A DNA stretch of 64,000 nucleotides, taken from assembly GCA_965248435.1 (NCBI GenBank), contig OZ252100.1, positions 192,001-256,000 of the forward strand. The letters are read 5' to 3'. Positions 28,601 through 37,427 of the stretch are shown here, piece by piece. This DNA is from Candidatus Latescibacterota bacterium (GTDB taxonomy: Bacteria > Latescibacterota > UBA2968 > GCA-2709665). A program made the translations under genes and the position numbers. A model generated the notes under the pieces. It ran no database searches. It was not told where the DNA came from and worked only from the letters and a program-made list of their open reading frames with translations. Within the stretch, counting starts at the first letter, position 1. Each line of letters opens with the position of its first letter.

Positions 28601-31489
28601 ATGGAGCAAGGGGAGTATAACTTCCAGCAGATCGAAAAACGGTGGCGAGAACACTGGCTGAAGGAAAAGACTTTTCGCACTCCCGAGCCAGGCGATCCGG
28701 ATTTCGATCCTGAAAGGCCCAAGTTTTACGTGCTGGACATGTTTCCATATACGAGCGGGTCCGGTCTACACATCGGGCACCCCAAAGGATACATTGCTAC
28801 GGATATCTACAGCCGTTTTAAGCGGATGCACGGCTACAACGTCTTGCATCCAATGGGCTTTGACAGCTTTGGACTTCCGGCGGAGCAGTACGCCATCCGG
28901 CACAACGTGCACCCTGCCGTAATTACGGAAGAAAGCATCAAGACGATGCGCCAACAGTTCGAGTTCCTGGGGATGTGTTATGACTGGGGTCGTGAACTCG
29001 CAACGTCCAGGGCGGATTACTATCAATGGACGCAATGGATATTCCTGCAATTGTTTGACAGCTGGTTCGATCCCGTAAGGGAGTGGGTCGATGCGGCAGG
29101 ACGGGAAGTAAAAGGAAAAGCTGTTTCCATTTCAGAGCTTACTGCTCAGTTCGAATCCGGAAAACGCACTTTAAGCGAAGAAGAAGCGACCGCCGCCAAT
29201 GCAGGCCAATACACCGAATGGAAGGAATTGGCCTCTGAGCAGAAGCAAGCTGTCCTGAACTGTCACCGACTTGCATACCAGAAAGAGGCCGTCGTTAATT
29301 GGTGTCCAGGACTAGGCACGGTCCTTGCCAACGAGGAAGTTACCAGTGAGGGATTGAGTGAATTAGGTGATTTCCCTGTCTATCAGCGACCCCTCAGGCA
29401 GTGGATCATGAGAATTACAGTTTTCGCAGACCGATTGTTGGAGGACCTGGATGCACCAAGCCTTCCTGACGGCAGGGGAGCCACCTATTCCCTGGACTGG
29501 CCCGAAGCAGTAAAACTAATGCAGCGGAACTGGATCGGGAGGAGCGAAGGGGCTGACGTGACTTTCGAAGTCCTAAAACCCGGTACGGAAACGGTGGCGA
29601 GTTCATTGAACGTATTTACGACGCGTCCCGATACATTGTTCGGCGCGACCTTTATGGTAGTCGCTCCTCAACATCCACTCGTAGATCCAAAGTCGTCGGA
29701 AAGTCTCGTACCCGAGGATTGGTCTGATGAGGTTCCTCAATCGTGGAAGGGGCCGGAGCCCAGTATGAACATTCGGGATGCCATCTCCGCTTACATCAGG
29801 GTCGCAGAGGCGCAGGCGACCAACCGCGACGAGGAAAAAGGGAAGACGGGTCTATTTGTGGGGATTTACGCAAGAAATCCGGTGAGCGGCAGGAAGCTGC
29901 CCGTTTTTGTGTCAGATTACGTCAGTATGGAATACGGCTCAGGGGCCATTATGGCCGTGCCGGCGCACGACGCAAGAGACTTTGAGTTTGCGACCCAATA
30001 TGGACTCGAAATTGTGCAGGTGGTCGAGCCCCCCGGGGATCAGCAAGAACAATGTTTCACAGGGGACGGATCAAGTATCCACTCTCCTCTCGATGACGAC
30101 GGGGCAAACCCGTTTTCCATCAACGGACTCGTGACTTCCCAGGCCAAACGGACGATTACCGAAGCGTTGGAAAAAACGGGACGAGGAAAATCTTCGGTGA
30201 ATTACCGGTTGAGAGACTGGATTTTTTCTCGACAGCGCTACTGGGGAGAGCCCTTTCCTTTGGCTTCATCTGCTGAAGGCGAAGTTATTCCGGTTTCACC
30301 TCCTGTGTTACTTCCGGAGCTGGAGGACTTCAAACCCGAAACATCAGACGATCCGCATGCCCCGATCAAGCTGCCCTTGGCTCGAGCTGACGATAGTTGG
30401 CGAAGGGTCAAGATCGACGGCAAAGAGTACGAGCGGGAGACGAATGTGATGCCCCAATGGGCTGGGTCATGCTGGTATTATCTGAGGTTTATCGACCCAA
30501 ACAACTCCGAAGCTTTTTGCGATACCGAGAAAGAGAAACACTTCATGCCGGTGGATCTCTACGTTGGAGGAGCAGAACACGCGGTTTTGCATCTTCTCTA
30601 TTCTCGGTTCTGGCATAAGGCGCTCTATGATCTGGACCACGTTTCATCTCCAGAGCCCTTCAAGCGTTTATTCAATCAGGGGATGATTACCGCCGATGCG
30701 TTCACGGACGATCGTGGTGCGTACGTCGATATTAGGGAAGTCGAGATCCGAGACGGTGAGGGCTACCACAAGGAGACAGGGGGAAAATTACAGAAGTTCT
30801 CGGGAAAGATGGGTAAGCGGTTTAAGAACGGACTCCCTCCCGAGGAAGTCGGGGAGGAGTTTGGTGTCGATTCTCTCCGTCTGTATGAGTCTTACATGGG
30901 TCCACTGAACGCCAGCACGCCGTGGAGCATGAACGGAATTCGCGGAATGCAGCGGTTCTTGCAGAGAGTCTGGCGGAACTTCATCACACCGGAGCGAAGT
31001 GCAAACATCGAGGGCGAACTGACTTCGGAACTTGAAAGGCTGATGCACAAGACGATCATCCGCGTTTCAGAGGATATCGAAGCGCTCCGTCTAAATACTG
31101 CGATCGCAGCATTAATCGAGTTGAACAATCGACTTGTAGGCCTCGGATCCGTCCCGGAGCCCCTCGCTCGCACGTTCCTTCTGTTGCTTTCACCCTTCGC
31201 GCCCCACTTGGCTGAAGAGGTGTGGAAAATTGCAGGGTTCGGCGATAATGGAATAGCAGGAGAGGACTGGCCGATAGGGGATGAAGGGCTTGCTGCGGAG
31301 GAGACGATCGAAATCCCTGTCCAGATCAACGGCAAGGTTCGTGCACGATTCGAGGTAGAAGTGGACGGCCCACAGGAGACCGTTGAACGGCTTGCCCTGG
31401 AGCAGGCGAATGTCCAGGCTCACCTGAAGGGGCAGGCACCCAGGAAGATCATTGTCATCCCGAATCGGCTGGTTAACATTGTGGTATAG
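28601..31489 (+). CDS. leuS: Leucine--tRNA ligase
   Basis: DMFPYTSGSGLHIGH (HIGH), FTTRPDTLFG editing domain, YVGGAEHAVLHLLY, KMGKR (KMSKS variant). Confidence 0.97.
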   Translation: MEQGEYNFQQIEKRWREHWLKEKTFRTPEPGDPDFDPERPKFYVLDMFPYTSGSGLHIGHPKGYIATDIYSRFKRMHGYNVLHPMGFDSFGLPAEQYAIRHNVHPAVITEESIKTMRQQFEFLGMCYDWGRELATSRADYYQWTQWIFLQLFDSWFDPVREWVDAAGREVKGKAVSISELTAQFESGKRTLSEEEATAANAGQYTEWKELASEQKQAVLNCHRLAYQKEAVVNWCPGLGTVLANEEVTSEGLSELGDFPVYQRPLRQWIMRITVFADRLLEDLDAPSLPDGRGATYSLDWPEAVKLMQRNWIGRSEGADVTFEVLKPGTETVASSLNVFTTRPDTLFGATFMVVAPQHPLVDPKSSESLVPEDWSDEVPQSWKGPEPSMNIRDAISAYIRVAEAQATNRDEEKGKTGLFVGIYARNPVSGRKLPVFVSDYVSMEYGSGAIMAVPAHDARDFEFATQYGLEIVQVVEPPGDQQEQCFTGDGSSIHSPLDDDGANPFSINGLVTSQAKRTITEALEKTGRGKSSVNYRLRDWIFSRQRYWGEPFPLASSAEGEVIPVSPPVLLPELEDFKPETSDDPHAPIKLPLARADDSWRRVKIDGKEYERETNVMPQWAGSCWYYLRFIDPNNSEAFCDTEKEKHFMPVDLYVGGAEHAVLHLLYSRFWHKALYDLDHVSSPEPFKRLFNQGMITADAFTDDRGAYVDIREVEIRDGEGYHKETGGKLQKFSGKMGKRFKNGLPPEEVGEEFGVDSLRLYESYMGPLNASTPWSMNGIRGMQRFLQRVWRNFITPERSANIEGELTSELERLMHKTIIRVSEDIEALRLNTAIAALIELNNRLVGLGSVPEPLARTFLLLLSPFAPHLAEEVWKIAGFGDNGIAGEDWPIGDEGLAAEETIEIPVQINGKVRARFEVEVDGPQETVERLALEQANVQAHLKGQAPRKIIVIPNRLVNIVV

Positions 31490-31527
31490 AAAAAACTGTA
31501 TCTTGTTGTTCGAGACACCGAGAAACT

Positions 31528-31566
31528 AAAAAACAGGGAGCCGAGGTTGAAAGGCTCCCTGTTTTT
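31528..31566. terminator. Bidirectional intrinsic terminator between leuS and gcvT
   Basis: AAAAAACAGGGAGCC-loop-GGCTCCCTGTTTTT. Confidence 0.85.
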
Positions 31567-31596
31567 CGTTCTGTAGGACATCGATGCGGCAGATGA

Positions 31597-32691
31597 TTAC
31601 CGTTTGGGGCGCTTGTAGAAGGGCCTCCGCACCACCAGGGCCTCGCAAGGGCGATCCCGAATCAAGACGCGAAGGGACTGACTGACTTTCGTATACTGGG
31701 GAGAGACATAGGCCATTGCGATCCCTTTGTTGAGCCACGGCCCAAATGTTCCGCTGGTCACACGACCGATCGACTCACCCGAGTCGGTTTGCACTTCGTA
31801 ATCCTGTCGCGGAATTCCCCGCTCGCGCATCTCCAGCATAACCAATTTCCTCCGAAGGCCCTCGTCACGCTGCCTGCGCATCACATCGGATCCTATATAA
31901 CCATCCGACTTCGCCACAAACACTCCAAGCCCTGCCTCGAGTGGGGAAGTATCCTCATCCAGCTCGTGACCATAAAGCGCGAGTGAGGCCTCCAGCCTGA
32001 GCGTGTCTCGGGCCCCGAGTCCGGCCGGGAGCACACCGTGCGTCTCACCAGCCCCCAGGATCGTGTCCCAGAGTTTGGCAACATGCTCGGGTGCGATAAA
32101 AATCTCGAACCCGTTCTCCCCGGTATACCCGGACGCGGCGATCAAGGTAGGATATCCTGCTACCTCGCCAGAAGCCACCTGATGAAAGCGAAGTTTAGTC
32201 AGATCGATACTGGTGAGCCCTGAAAGGACAGGTTCAGCCTTGGGTCCCTGAAAGGCCAGTAGGGCATAGTCATCGCAGCGATTGCGCACTTCCACGTGCT
32301 CAAAATCACCACCAATACCAGAAATTTGGTCCCAGTCCTTCTGAATATTTGCCGCGTTTCCAACAACGAGATATCTCTGCTCTTCGACTCGGTAGACCAT
32401 GATATCATCGATGGTGCCGCCTTGCTCGTTCAACAGCATCGAATACTGCAGGTCGCCCAAGCTCAGCCTCCTAACATCATTTGTCGCAATATATTGGATG
32501 AAATCTTCGGCACCAGTCCCACGGACCTCAAACTCTCCCATGTGACTGACATCGAACAGCCCGGCGGCTGAACGAACGGCACGGTGCTCCTCTGAGAGGC
32601 CACAATACTGCAAGGGCATCTCCCAACCGGCAAAATCCACCATCTTTGCATTCAGAGATCGATGTGTTTCGAATAGGGGAGTCCGGGCCAT
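31597..32691 (-). CDS. gcvT: Glycine cleavage system aminomethyltransferase T
   Basis: RTPLFETH, FAGWEMPLQY, GLFDVSHMGEF, SGYTGENGFE, GLGARDTLRLEA. Confidence 0.96.
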   Translation of the reverse strand: MARTPLFETHRSLNAKMVDFAGWEMPLQYCGLSEEHRAVRSAAGLFDVSHMGEFEVRGTGAEDFIQYIATNDVRRLSLGDLQYSMLLNEQGGTIDDIMVYRVEEQRYLVVGNAANIQKDWDQISGIGGDFEHVEVRNRCDDYALLAFQGPKAEPVLSGLTSIDLTKLRFHQVASGEVAGYPTLIAASGYTGENGFEIFIAPEHVAKLWDTILGAGETHGVLPAGLGARDTLRLEASLALYGHELDEDTSPLEAGLGVFVAKSDGYIGSDVMRRQRDEGLRRKLVMLEMRERGIPRQDYEVQTDSGESIGRVTSGTFGPWLNKGIAMAYVSPQYTKVSQSLRVLIRDRPCEALVVRRPFYKRPKR

Positions 32692-32895
32692 TAGTACCTC
32701 AAAAAAGGGTTTTAGTTGGAGCATTTCGCTGGCTAATAATAGCATTGGAATGCCCAGGATCCATCCAAAAACTGTGGTGCCATCATAGTTTCTTCGCTGG
32801 AATTTCTATGGTTGCGAACAGGAAAAGGTTGACTTTTATAATAATTATATAAATATTATAGTAATAAAGCGGATCTTCAGAACCAGGAGGCAAGA

Positions 32896-33564
32896 ATGAA
32901 TTTACGAAGGAACGAAGCCGAAACTTCCAGCTTGAACATCCCCCAGGCGGCAAAAGTGCTTAAAGTAACGGACAAAACGATAAGAAACTACATAGATCGC
33001 GGATTCCTCCGGGCAGAGAAGTGGAACGGTTCCTGGAGAATCGAGAAGGGGACTCTACTGGAACTATACTGGAAAAAATATGGTAATACGATGGAATCAT
33101 CGTCTCTCGAGAGAAATTATGTCCAGGTTCCACTCGGCGAATACGATTGGCTCCAACGGCAGTCCGGTCAGCTTGAGGCCTCAGAGCGCCTTGTGGAAGG
33201 GCTGAAGGCGGATTTGGAGCGCTCCCTGAGCAAAGTCACGGAGTTGGAAGCATCTTCGGCTTCGGGTTGGACAGAGGCCCGTACCCAGCGTGAGGAAAAG
33301 GGAGTCCTCGAAAAGGAGCTGAAGACCGTTCGACGCCGTGAACGGCAGGTGAGTCTAAAGCTACTTGCAAGCTCTGACAAACTGGTGACGATTCGAGCCG
33401 CAGAGCAGGAAGCTCGGAATGAGATTAAGGAGCTCGAGGACGAGAATAGGGAGATGAAAAGGCGGATTGAAACGCAGGAGGGGGAACTGAAGCGGTACGG
33501 TGAAAGGTTAAGGACGAGGAGAAACAGACAAAGGAGGATGTCGAGATTGGGAGATTACTCTTAA
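32896..33564 (+). CDS. HTH_17/excisionase-like helix-turn-helix protein with C-terminal coiled coil
   Basis: LNIPQAAKVLKVTDKTIRNYIDRGFLRAEKWNGSWRI, then an E/K/R-rich heptad region; AGGAGG RBS. Confidence 0.8.
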   Translation: MNLRRNEAETSSLNIPQAAKVLKVTDKTIRNYIDRGFLRAEKWNGSWRIEKGTLLELYWKKYGNTMESSSLERNYVQVPLGEYDWLQRQSGQLEASERLVEGLKADLERSLSKVTELEASSASGWTEARTQREEKGVLEKELKTVRRRERQVSLKLLASSDKLVTIRAAEQEARNEIKELEDENREMKRRIETQEGELKRYGERLRTRRNRQRRMSRLGDYS

Positions 33565-33599
33565 GGGGGCACAGCAGCATTGAGGGGGCCTGCGGGTCC

Positions 33600-33954
33600 T
33601 CTTGAGGGGATTCTTCTCGCGAAGATGCCGCAAAATCAACGATGTCCGCGTCTTCAATGTAGGGAGTTGTCGCAACGCGCCGGATCTCTTTCATCTTAAG
33701 GAGGATGTCGGTGATCCTGTGCCCAGCCTCTACAATGTCTGGAGCCGCTCCCGTTCAGACCCATTCGGGTTTGACTTCGCCAGAAGGATGTCCGCCATTT
33801 CCATGATTACTGTCAGCGGCTGGTTGATTTCATGGGCGGCCGCACCGGCCGTTTGGGTCAGCACCCGCAATTTCTGAACCTCGTGGTGTGCCTCTTCAGC
33901 CTGTTTGATTTGTGAGATGTCCTCGGCGATCCCGGCGATATGTCTGAATCTCAC
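33600..33954 (-). pseudogene. Truncated, frameshifted PAC/HisKA-like signalling gene remnant
   Basis: GIAEDISQIKQAEE (PAC end) and AAHEINQPLTVI (H-box); stop at 33730, while an adjacent frame continues IVEAGHRITDILLKMKEIRRVATTPY. Confidence 0.6.
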
Positions 33955-34100
33955 AAGTTTACATAATGTATCTTATACTCCCTTTCAAGATGTGCCGCCA
34001 CGGGGCCGAATAAACCCCAACATCTTGTGTGCCAGAAATATAGACCAACGCCGTTTTTAAGTCAAGCACGTTTCCGTAACCGCGCCCGAATCAACCAGCG

Positions 34101-34304
34101 TTACGCGAGCTCCTCCAGCGAGGTTTCCGTCGGGGCGGTGGCTTTCGGTTTCGCTGCTGGGGTTCCGGGAATCGGAGAGCTTTCTTCCCACGTCGGATTA
34201 TCGCGGAGAAAACTCTGTGCTGACATACGGTACACTGTTCCATCGTCACAGACAACGATTGTCCACCCGTGTTGGTCCGTAGCGAGCCCGACTGGCTTTC
34301 TCAT
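34101..34304 (-). CDS. Small hypothetical protein (VVCDDGTVY..W..PIPG)
   Basis: GGAGGAGG RBS before ATG 34304; 67 aa. Confidence 0.65.
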   Translation of the reverse strand: MRKPVGLATDQHGWTIVVCDDGTVYRMSAQSFLRDNPTWEESSPIPGTPAAKPKATAPTETSLEELA

Positions 34305-34373
34305 TTTGCCTCCTCCTATGGGTAGGATGACACTACGCAAAAAAATTGTGGTTGGTTCGGTGCCGAGTGCTTT

Positions 34374-34598
34374 TTATCTCTTGGGTAGGTGGACGATGTC
34401 GCCCACGATGAGAAACCTTTCACCTTTCTGAAAATCAAGACTCATAGTAGGCTTCAGTTCAGCTCCCCTCGCCCAAATGTGGATACCGGCTTCGCCGCCA
34501 TCGCATTGGTATGTTACTCCGGGGTTTCCTTCACCGAAGCACTGTTCGAAGCTACCATTTGTCTGAATCCTCTCGCACCTAATGATTTCATGGTTCAC
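34374..34598 (-). CDS. Small hypothetical protein
   Basis: AAGGAG RBS 6 nt before GTG; 74 aa. Confidence 0.55.
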   Translation of the reverse strand: MNHEIIRCERIQTNGSFEQCFGEGNPGVTYQCDGGEAGIHIWARGAELKPTMSLDFQKGERFLIVGDIVHLPKR

Positions 34599-34616
34599 AG
34601 CAGACTCCTTTCAGGG

Positions 34617-34699
34617 TAAAAGAAAAGGAGGGCCCTCTACTTGAGGGCCCTCCCAACCTCAGTTGCTTAGAATGTAGGTCGAATCCCCATCCCCGTCAA
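34617..34699 (-). promoter_or_regulatory. Minus-strand promoter immediately followed by a terminator hairpin (short RNA or attenuator)
   Basis: TTGACG-N17-TACATT (34699-34671); 11-bp stem 34627-34653 followed by TTTTCTTTT on the minus strand. Confidence 0.65.
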
Positions 34700-34765
34700 G
34701 GGGCTAGATTCACCCGGTATTCCCCTGCTTTTCCGTGAACTCACCTATGCCTGCGAGGTTGAACC

Positions 34766-34794
34766 TTGACAAGGATGGCCTCCTGTTCTAGATT
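34766..34794 (+). promoter_or_regulatory. Sigma-70-type promoter for the candidate large ncRNA
   Basis: TTGACA-N17-TAGATT, the same hexamers and spacing as the tRNA-Gly promoter. Confidence 0.75.
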
Positions 34795-34800
34795 CGTTTC

Positions 34801-35293
34801 AGAACGTCTGTGATGCCCCCAGGGATAACGACCCGGGGTCCCAGCTTGCGATAAAGACGTAACGGAGTAGCCGTACACTCCCGCCAGCGGGAATGCAGAC
34901 GACCGGGTTGCCACTGCATTTGGCGGCTTAAGAGTCTGCCGACCGAAGGGACCTGGGCAACCTTGATGGGGATTCGTCGAACGCGGCTGAGTAGAGAGGC
35001 CGCCCGATGAACGATCGGACAGGACCCAAGGCAACTCTACGGTTTGGGCTTGCTCGATGCTCTGAACCTACGGCCGTAGGTGTCAGGGCGAAATTGGACC
35101 TCCGAATGCTTTCAAATGGTTCGGGACCGGTCCCGAACTTAATCATGGGAATTATCACAATGATTAGGTTCGAAATCCGGGTCAAGGTGAAGGGAAACTC
35201 AGTCGTCAAGTTGCTATTGGCGATTACAGCAGCCCTCTCGTTGGCCTAAAATGCCGGACGGCTGATCGTGCAGATCGGCCGTCCCTTTCTTTG
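34801..35293 (+). ncRNA. Candidate large structured ncRNA (~490 nt), family unassigned
   Basis: Own promoter and terminator, no credible ORF, about 11 predicted helices, a loop-loop pairing and a long-range closing stem. Confidence 0.6.
35256..35293 (+). terminator. Intrinsic terminator (plus strand)
   Basis: GGACGGCTGATC-GTGCA-GATCGGCCGTCC followed by CTTTCTTTG. Confidence 0.8.
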
Positions 35294-35345
35294 TTCCCTA
35301 CTCGGTTTCCCTTGATCTGAGCAGCTCATTGCGCAGTGTCCCCTA

Positions 35346-36020
35346 CTACAATGAGAGCATTTCCAATTCCAGTTTGGCTGTCCTTGCGTGCGACGTGTTT
35401 GAGTAGGTCTTTGTGATTCTCTTCAGAAGAAGGGCCTGTTTCTCCAAATCTCCGGCCAACCCGGAACACCTGGCAGCGTGCCTGAGGGCCAGCGGCGCAT
35501 AGGGCGAAGATTGATATGCATCCGCATAGGCGACGTAACTGGTAATCGCACCTGAGTAATCTTCCCGTTCCTCAAGGCAGGCGGCCACACCTGAAGTAGC
35601 CCCATATCCCAACGCGCCCCCATCGCCATAGGCGGCCAGGTATGTTTCATAGGCGGCCTGTGCCTCGGGAAATCGACCCAGTTCGAAGTAAAGATTTCCG
35701 AGTATGATCGTGGCGTGACCAGCCTCGGGGTTTCCTTTGTATTCAGCCGCGATGCTCTCTGCCTGCAGGATCGCCTCCCCCGTCTTTCCCTGATAGAGCG
35801 CGATCCGGACTTCACCGAACGCATCTATGACTTCATTCGCCTGTGTTTCAGATCGCTGTTGGAACAACGTAGCAATCAGGATGATGACCAGAACCGCCGC
35901 AGCGACCGCCAGGAGTTTAACATACTCCTTTTGGATGTAGCCCCAGATCTTCAGGGCCCAGATCAAGAATTCATCCTGTTTGATCTCTTTTCTGGTCAGT
36001 CGCTTTCTTGCTCTTTGCAT
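35346..36020 (-). CDS. Membrane-anchored tetratricopeptide repeat protein (YfgM-like)
   Basis: LTRKEIKQDEF N-terminus, one TM helix, TPR helices (LGNLYFELGRFPEAQAAY). Confidence 0.85.
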   Translation of the reverse strand: MQRARKRLTRKEIKQDEFLIWALKIWGYIQKEYVKLLAVAAAVLVIILIATLFQQRSETQANEVIDAFGEVRIALYQGKTGEAILQAESIAAEYKGNPEAGHATIILGNLYFELGRFPEAQAAYETYLAAYGDGGALGYGATSGVAACLEEREDYSGAITSYVAYADAYQSSPYAPLALRHAARCSGLAGDLEKQALLLKRITKTYSNTSHARTAKLELEMLSL

Positions 36021-36168
36021 TTGTGTTGGCCCCTGATCATTGTGTGGCTTCCGCTAGAAGCGTTTATTTTTGTGCTAGTTAGGCTCAATATAGAAAAAAC
36101 CGACAGGGGTGGCAAGGTAAAACAGCCACGGGAAAAGAGTTTCTCTACTTGACGCCTTTCTGGGATAG

Positions 36169-36202
36169 AAAAACCCCCGGGCCATTCGGATAGCCCGGGG
36201 GG
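36169..36202 (-). terminator. Terminator downstream of flagellin 1
   Basis: CCCCCGGGC..GCCCGGGGG stem with an A-run giving a minus-strand U tract. Confidence 0.75.
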
Positions 36203-36230
36203 AAGCGACCAGCGGTCTTTGGAAAAGATG

Positions 36231-37427
36231 CTACTGAAGCAGTGTGAGCGCGTTCTGCGGGACTGCGTTTGCCTGCGCAAGCAATGCCGTGCTGGACTGC
36301 ACGAGAATTTGATTGCGTGTGAAATCTGAGACCTCTTCCGCGACATCCGTGTCCCGGATGATAGACTCAGAGGCCTGCATGTTCTCGATAGACACGTTGT
36401 TGTTTGCGATCGTGTGTTCAAGTCTGTTTTGCTGGGCCCCGAGGTCTCCCCTCGTCCGGGAGACGATGTCAATCGACAGGTCCAGTGCGGAAATGGCGGC
36501 GCGGGCCCCAAGCAATGTGCTTAAAGATTGACCACTCAGATTCAACGTTGTGCCGCTCGCACTCAGGTCGTTGATATTGAGCTCTACCCGATCTACGACC
36601 TGGGCGTCCGGGCCGACCTGGATACTCCCCCCGACACCTTGATCCACGACGAGTACGCGCCCGTCCAGGTCTCCGTCCCGGTAGCCGTCCGATGCCGGGT
36701 TTGCGCCGGCGGCGGCTCTTCGACCAGACAAGACCAGCTGAATTCCAAGCCTGTCGAAATTCGCGACAACCGACGAACCGGACGCAACCACCCCACCCAG
36801 CGCGTCATTATCCAGCGCCGTCCCGATGTCTATGGTTTGAGAGGCGATCCCGTTGCCGAGTGTAATTTCATTGTCCGCGGTACTGGAGTCGATGAAAACG
36901 TAGGTTCCGGCCTCTGCCGCGGTCAGATTGACATCGACAACCCCGGTTGTTGTAGACGCGGTCGCGCTAGAGACGTCAACATCTTTATTGACCGTGTTTC
37001 CAAAGCCTTTCAATATGGTGTTGTCATTGTAGCTCGTGGAACTCGCGATCCTGTCGATCTCCGTGACCAGCTGAACGAATTCCGCATTGATGGCGTCCCG
37101 GTTGTTGTCATTGACCGTCGAGGACGCAGACTGCACAGCCAGTGTCCGCATCCTGATCAGCATGTCGCTGACTTCGTTCAGCGCCCCCTCAGCCGTCTGG
37201 ATCAGGTTGGACCCCTGCTCTGCGTTCCGGGTCCCCTGGACCAGCCCGCCGATTTGTGCGCGGAAGCCCTCAGATACGGTGAGCCCGGAGGGGTCATCTG
37301 CACCGCGGTTGATACGAAGACCAGAAGATAGCCTCTCTAGATTCGTTCCCAGCCCACGGCTGTTGATACCGAGGTGTCGCTGGGAATTCATGGCCATAAT
37401 GTTGTGGTTTACGATCAACGCCGACAT
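36231..37427 (-). CDS. fliC: Flagellin (paralog 1)
   Basis: N-terminal ERLSSGLRINRGADDPSGL..QTAEGAL; C-terminal RGDLGAQQNRLEH..ESIIRDTDVAEE..ALLAQAN. Confidence 0.93.
   Translation of the reverse strand: MSALIVNHNIMAMNSQRHLGINSRGLGTNLERLSSGLRINRGADDPSGLTVSEGFRAQIGGLVQGTRNAEQGSNLIQTAEGALNEVSDMLIRMRTLAVQSASSTVNDNNRDAINAEFVQLVTEIDRIASSTSYNDNTILKGFGNTVNKDVDVSSATASTTTGVVDVNLTAAEAGTYVFIDSSTADNEITLGNGIASQTIDIGTALDNDALGGVVASGSSVVANFDRLGIQLVLSGRRAAAGANPASDGYRDGDLDGRVLVVDQGVGGSIQVGPDAQVVDRVELNINDLSASGTTLNLSGQSLSTLLGARAAISALDLSIDIVSRTRGDLGAQQNRLEHTIANNNVSIENMQASESIIRDTDVAEEVSDFTRNQILVQSSTALLAQANAVPQNALTLLQ

Noticed and set aside
34677-34695. GGGGATGGGGATTCGAC on the minus strand, resembling a tmRNA 5' end
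   Set aside because: It forms the spacer of a -35/-10 promoter, and no tmRNA body, tag ORF or CCACCA 3' end follows.
35007-35249. 80-aa plus-strand ORF inside the candidate RNA
   Set aside because: No convincing RBS or homology, and it is buried in hairpins; a short hydrophobic peptide from its 3' end cannot be fully excluded.
34801-35293. Assignment of the structured region to RNase P RNA, 6S, SRP, a cobalamin riboswitch or a T-box
   Set aside because: Only isolated short words match (GCCACTG, TGAACC..GTCAGG, AGCAGCC). The diagnostic cores are absent and no gene follows on the same strand. A covariance-model search is still needed to be certain.
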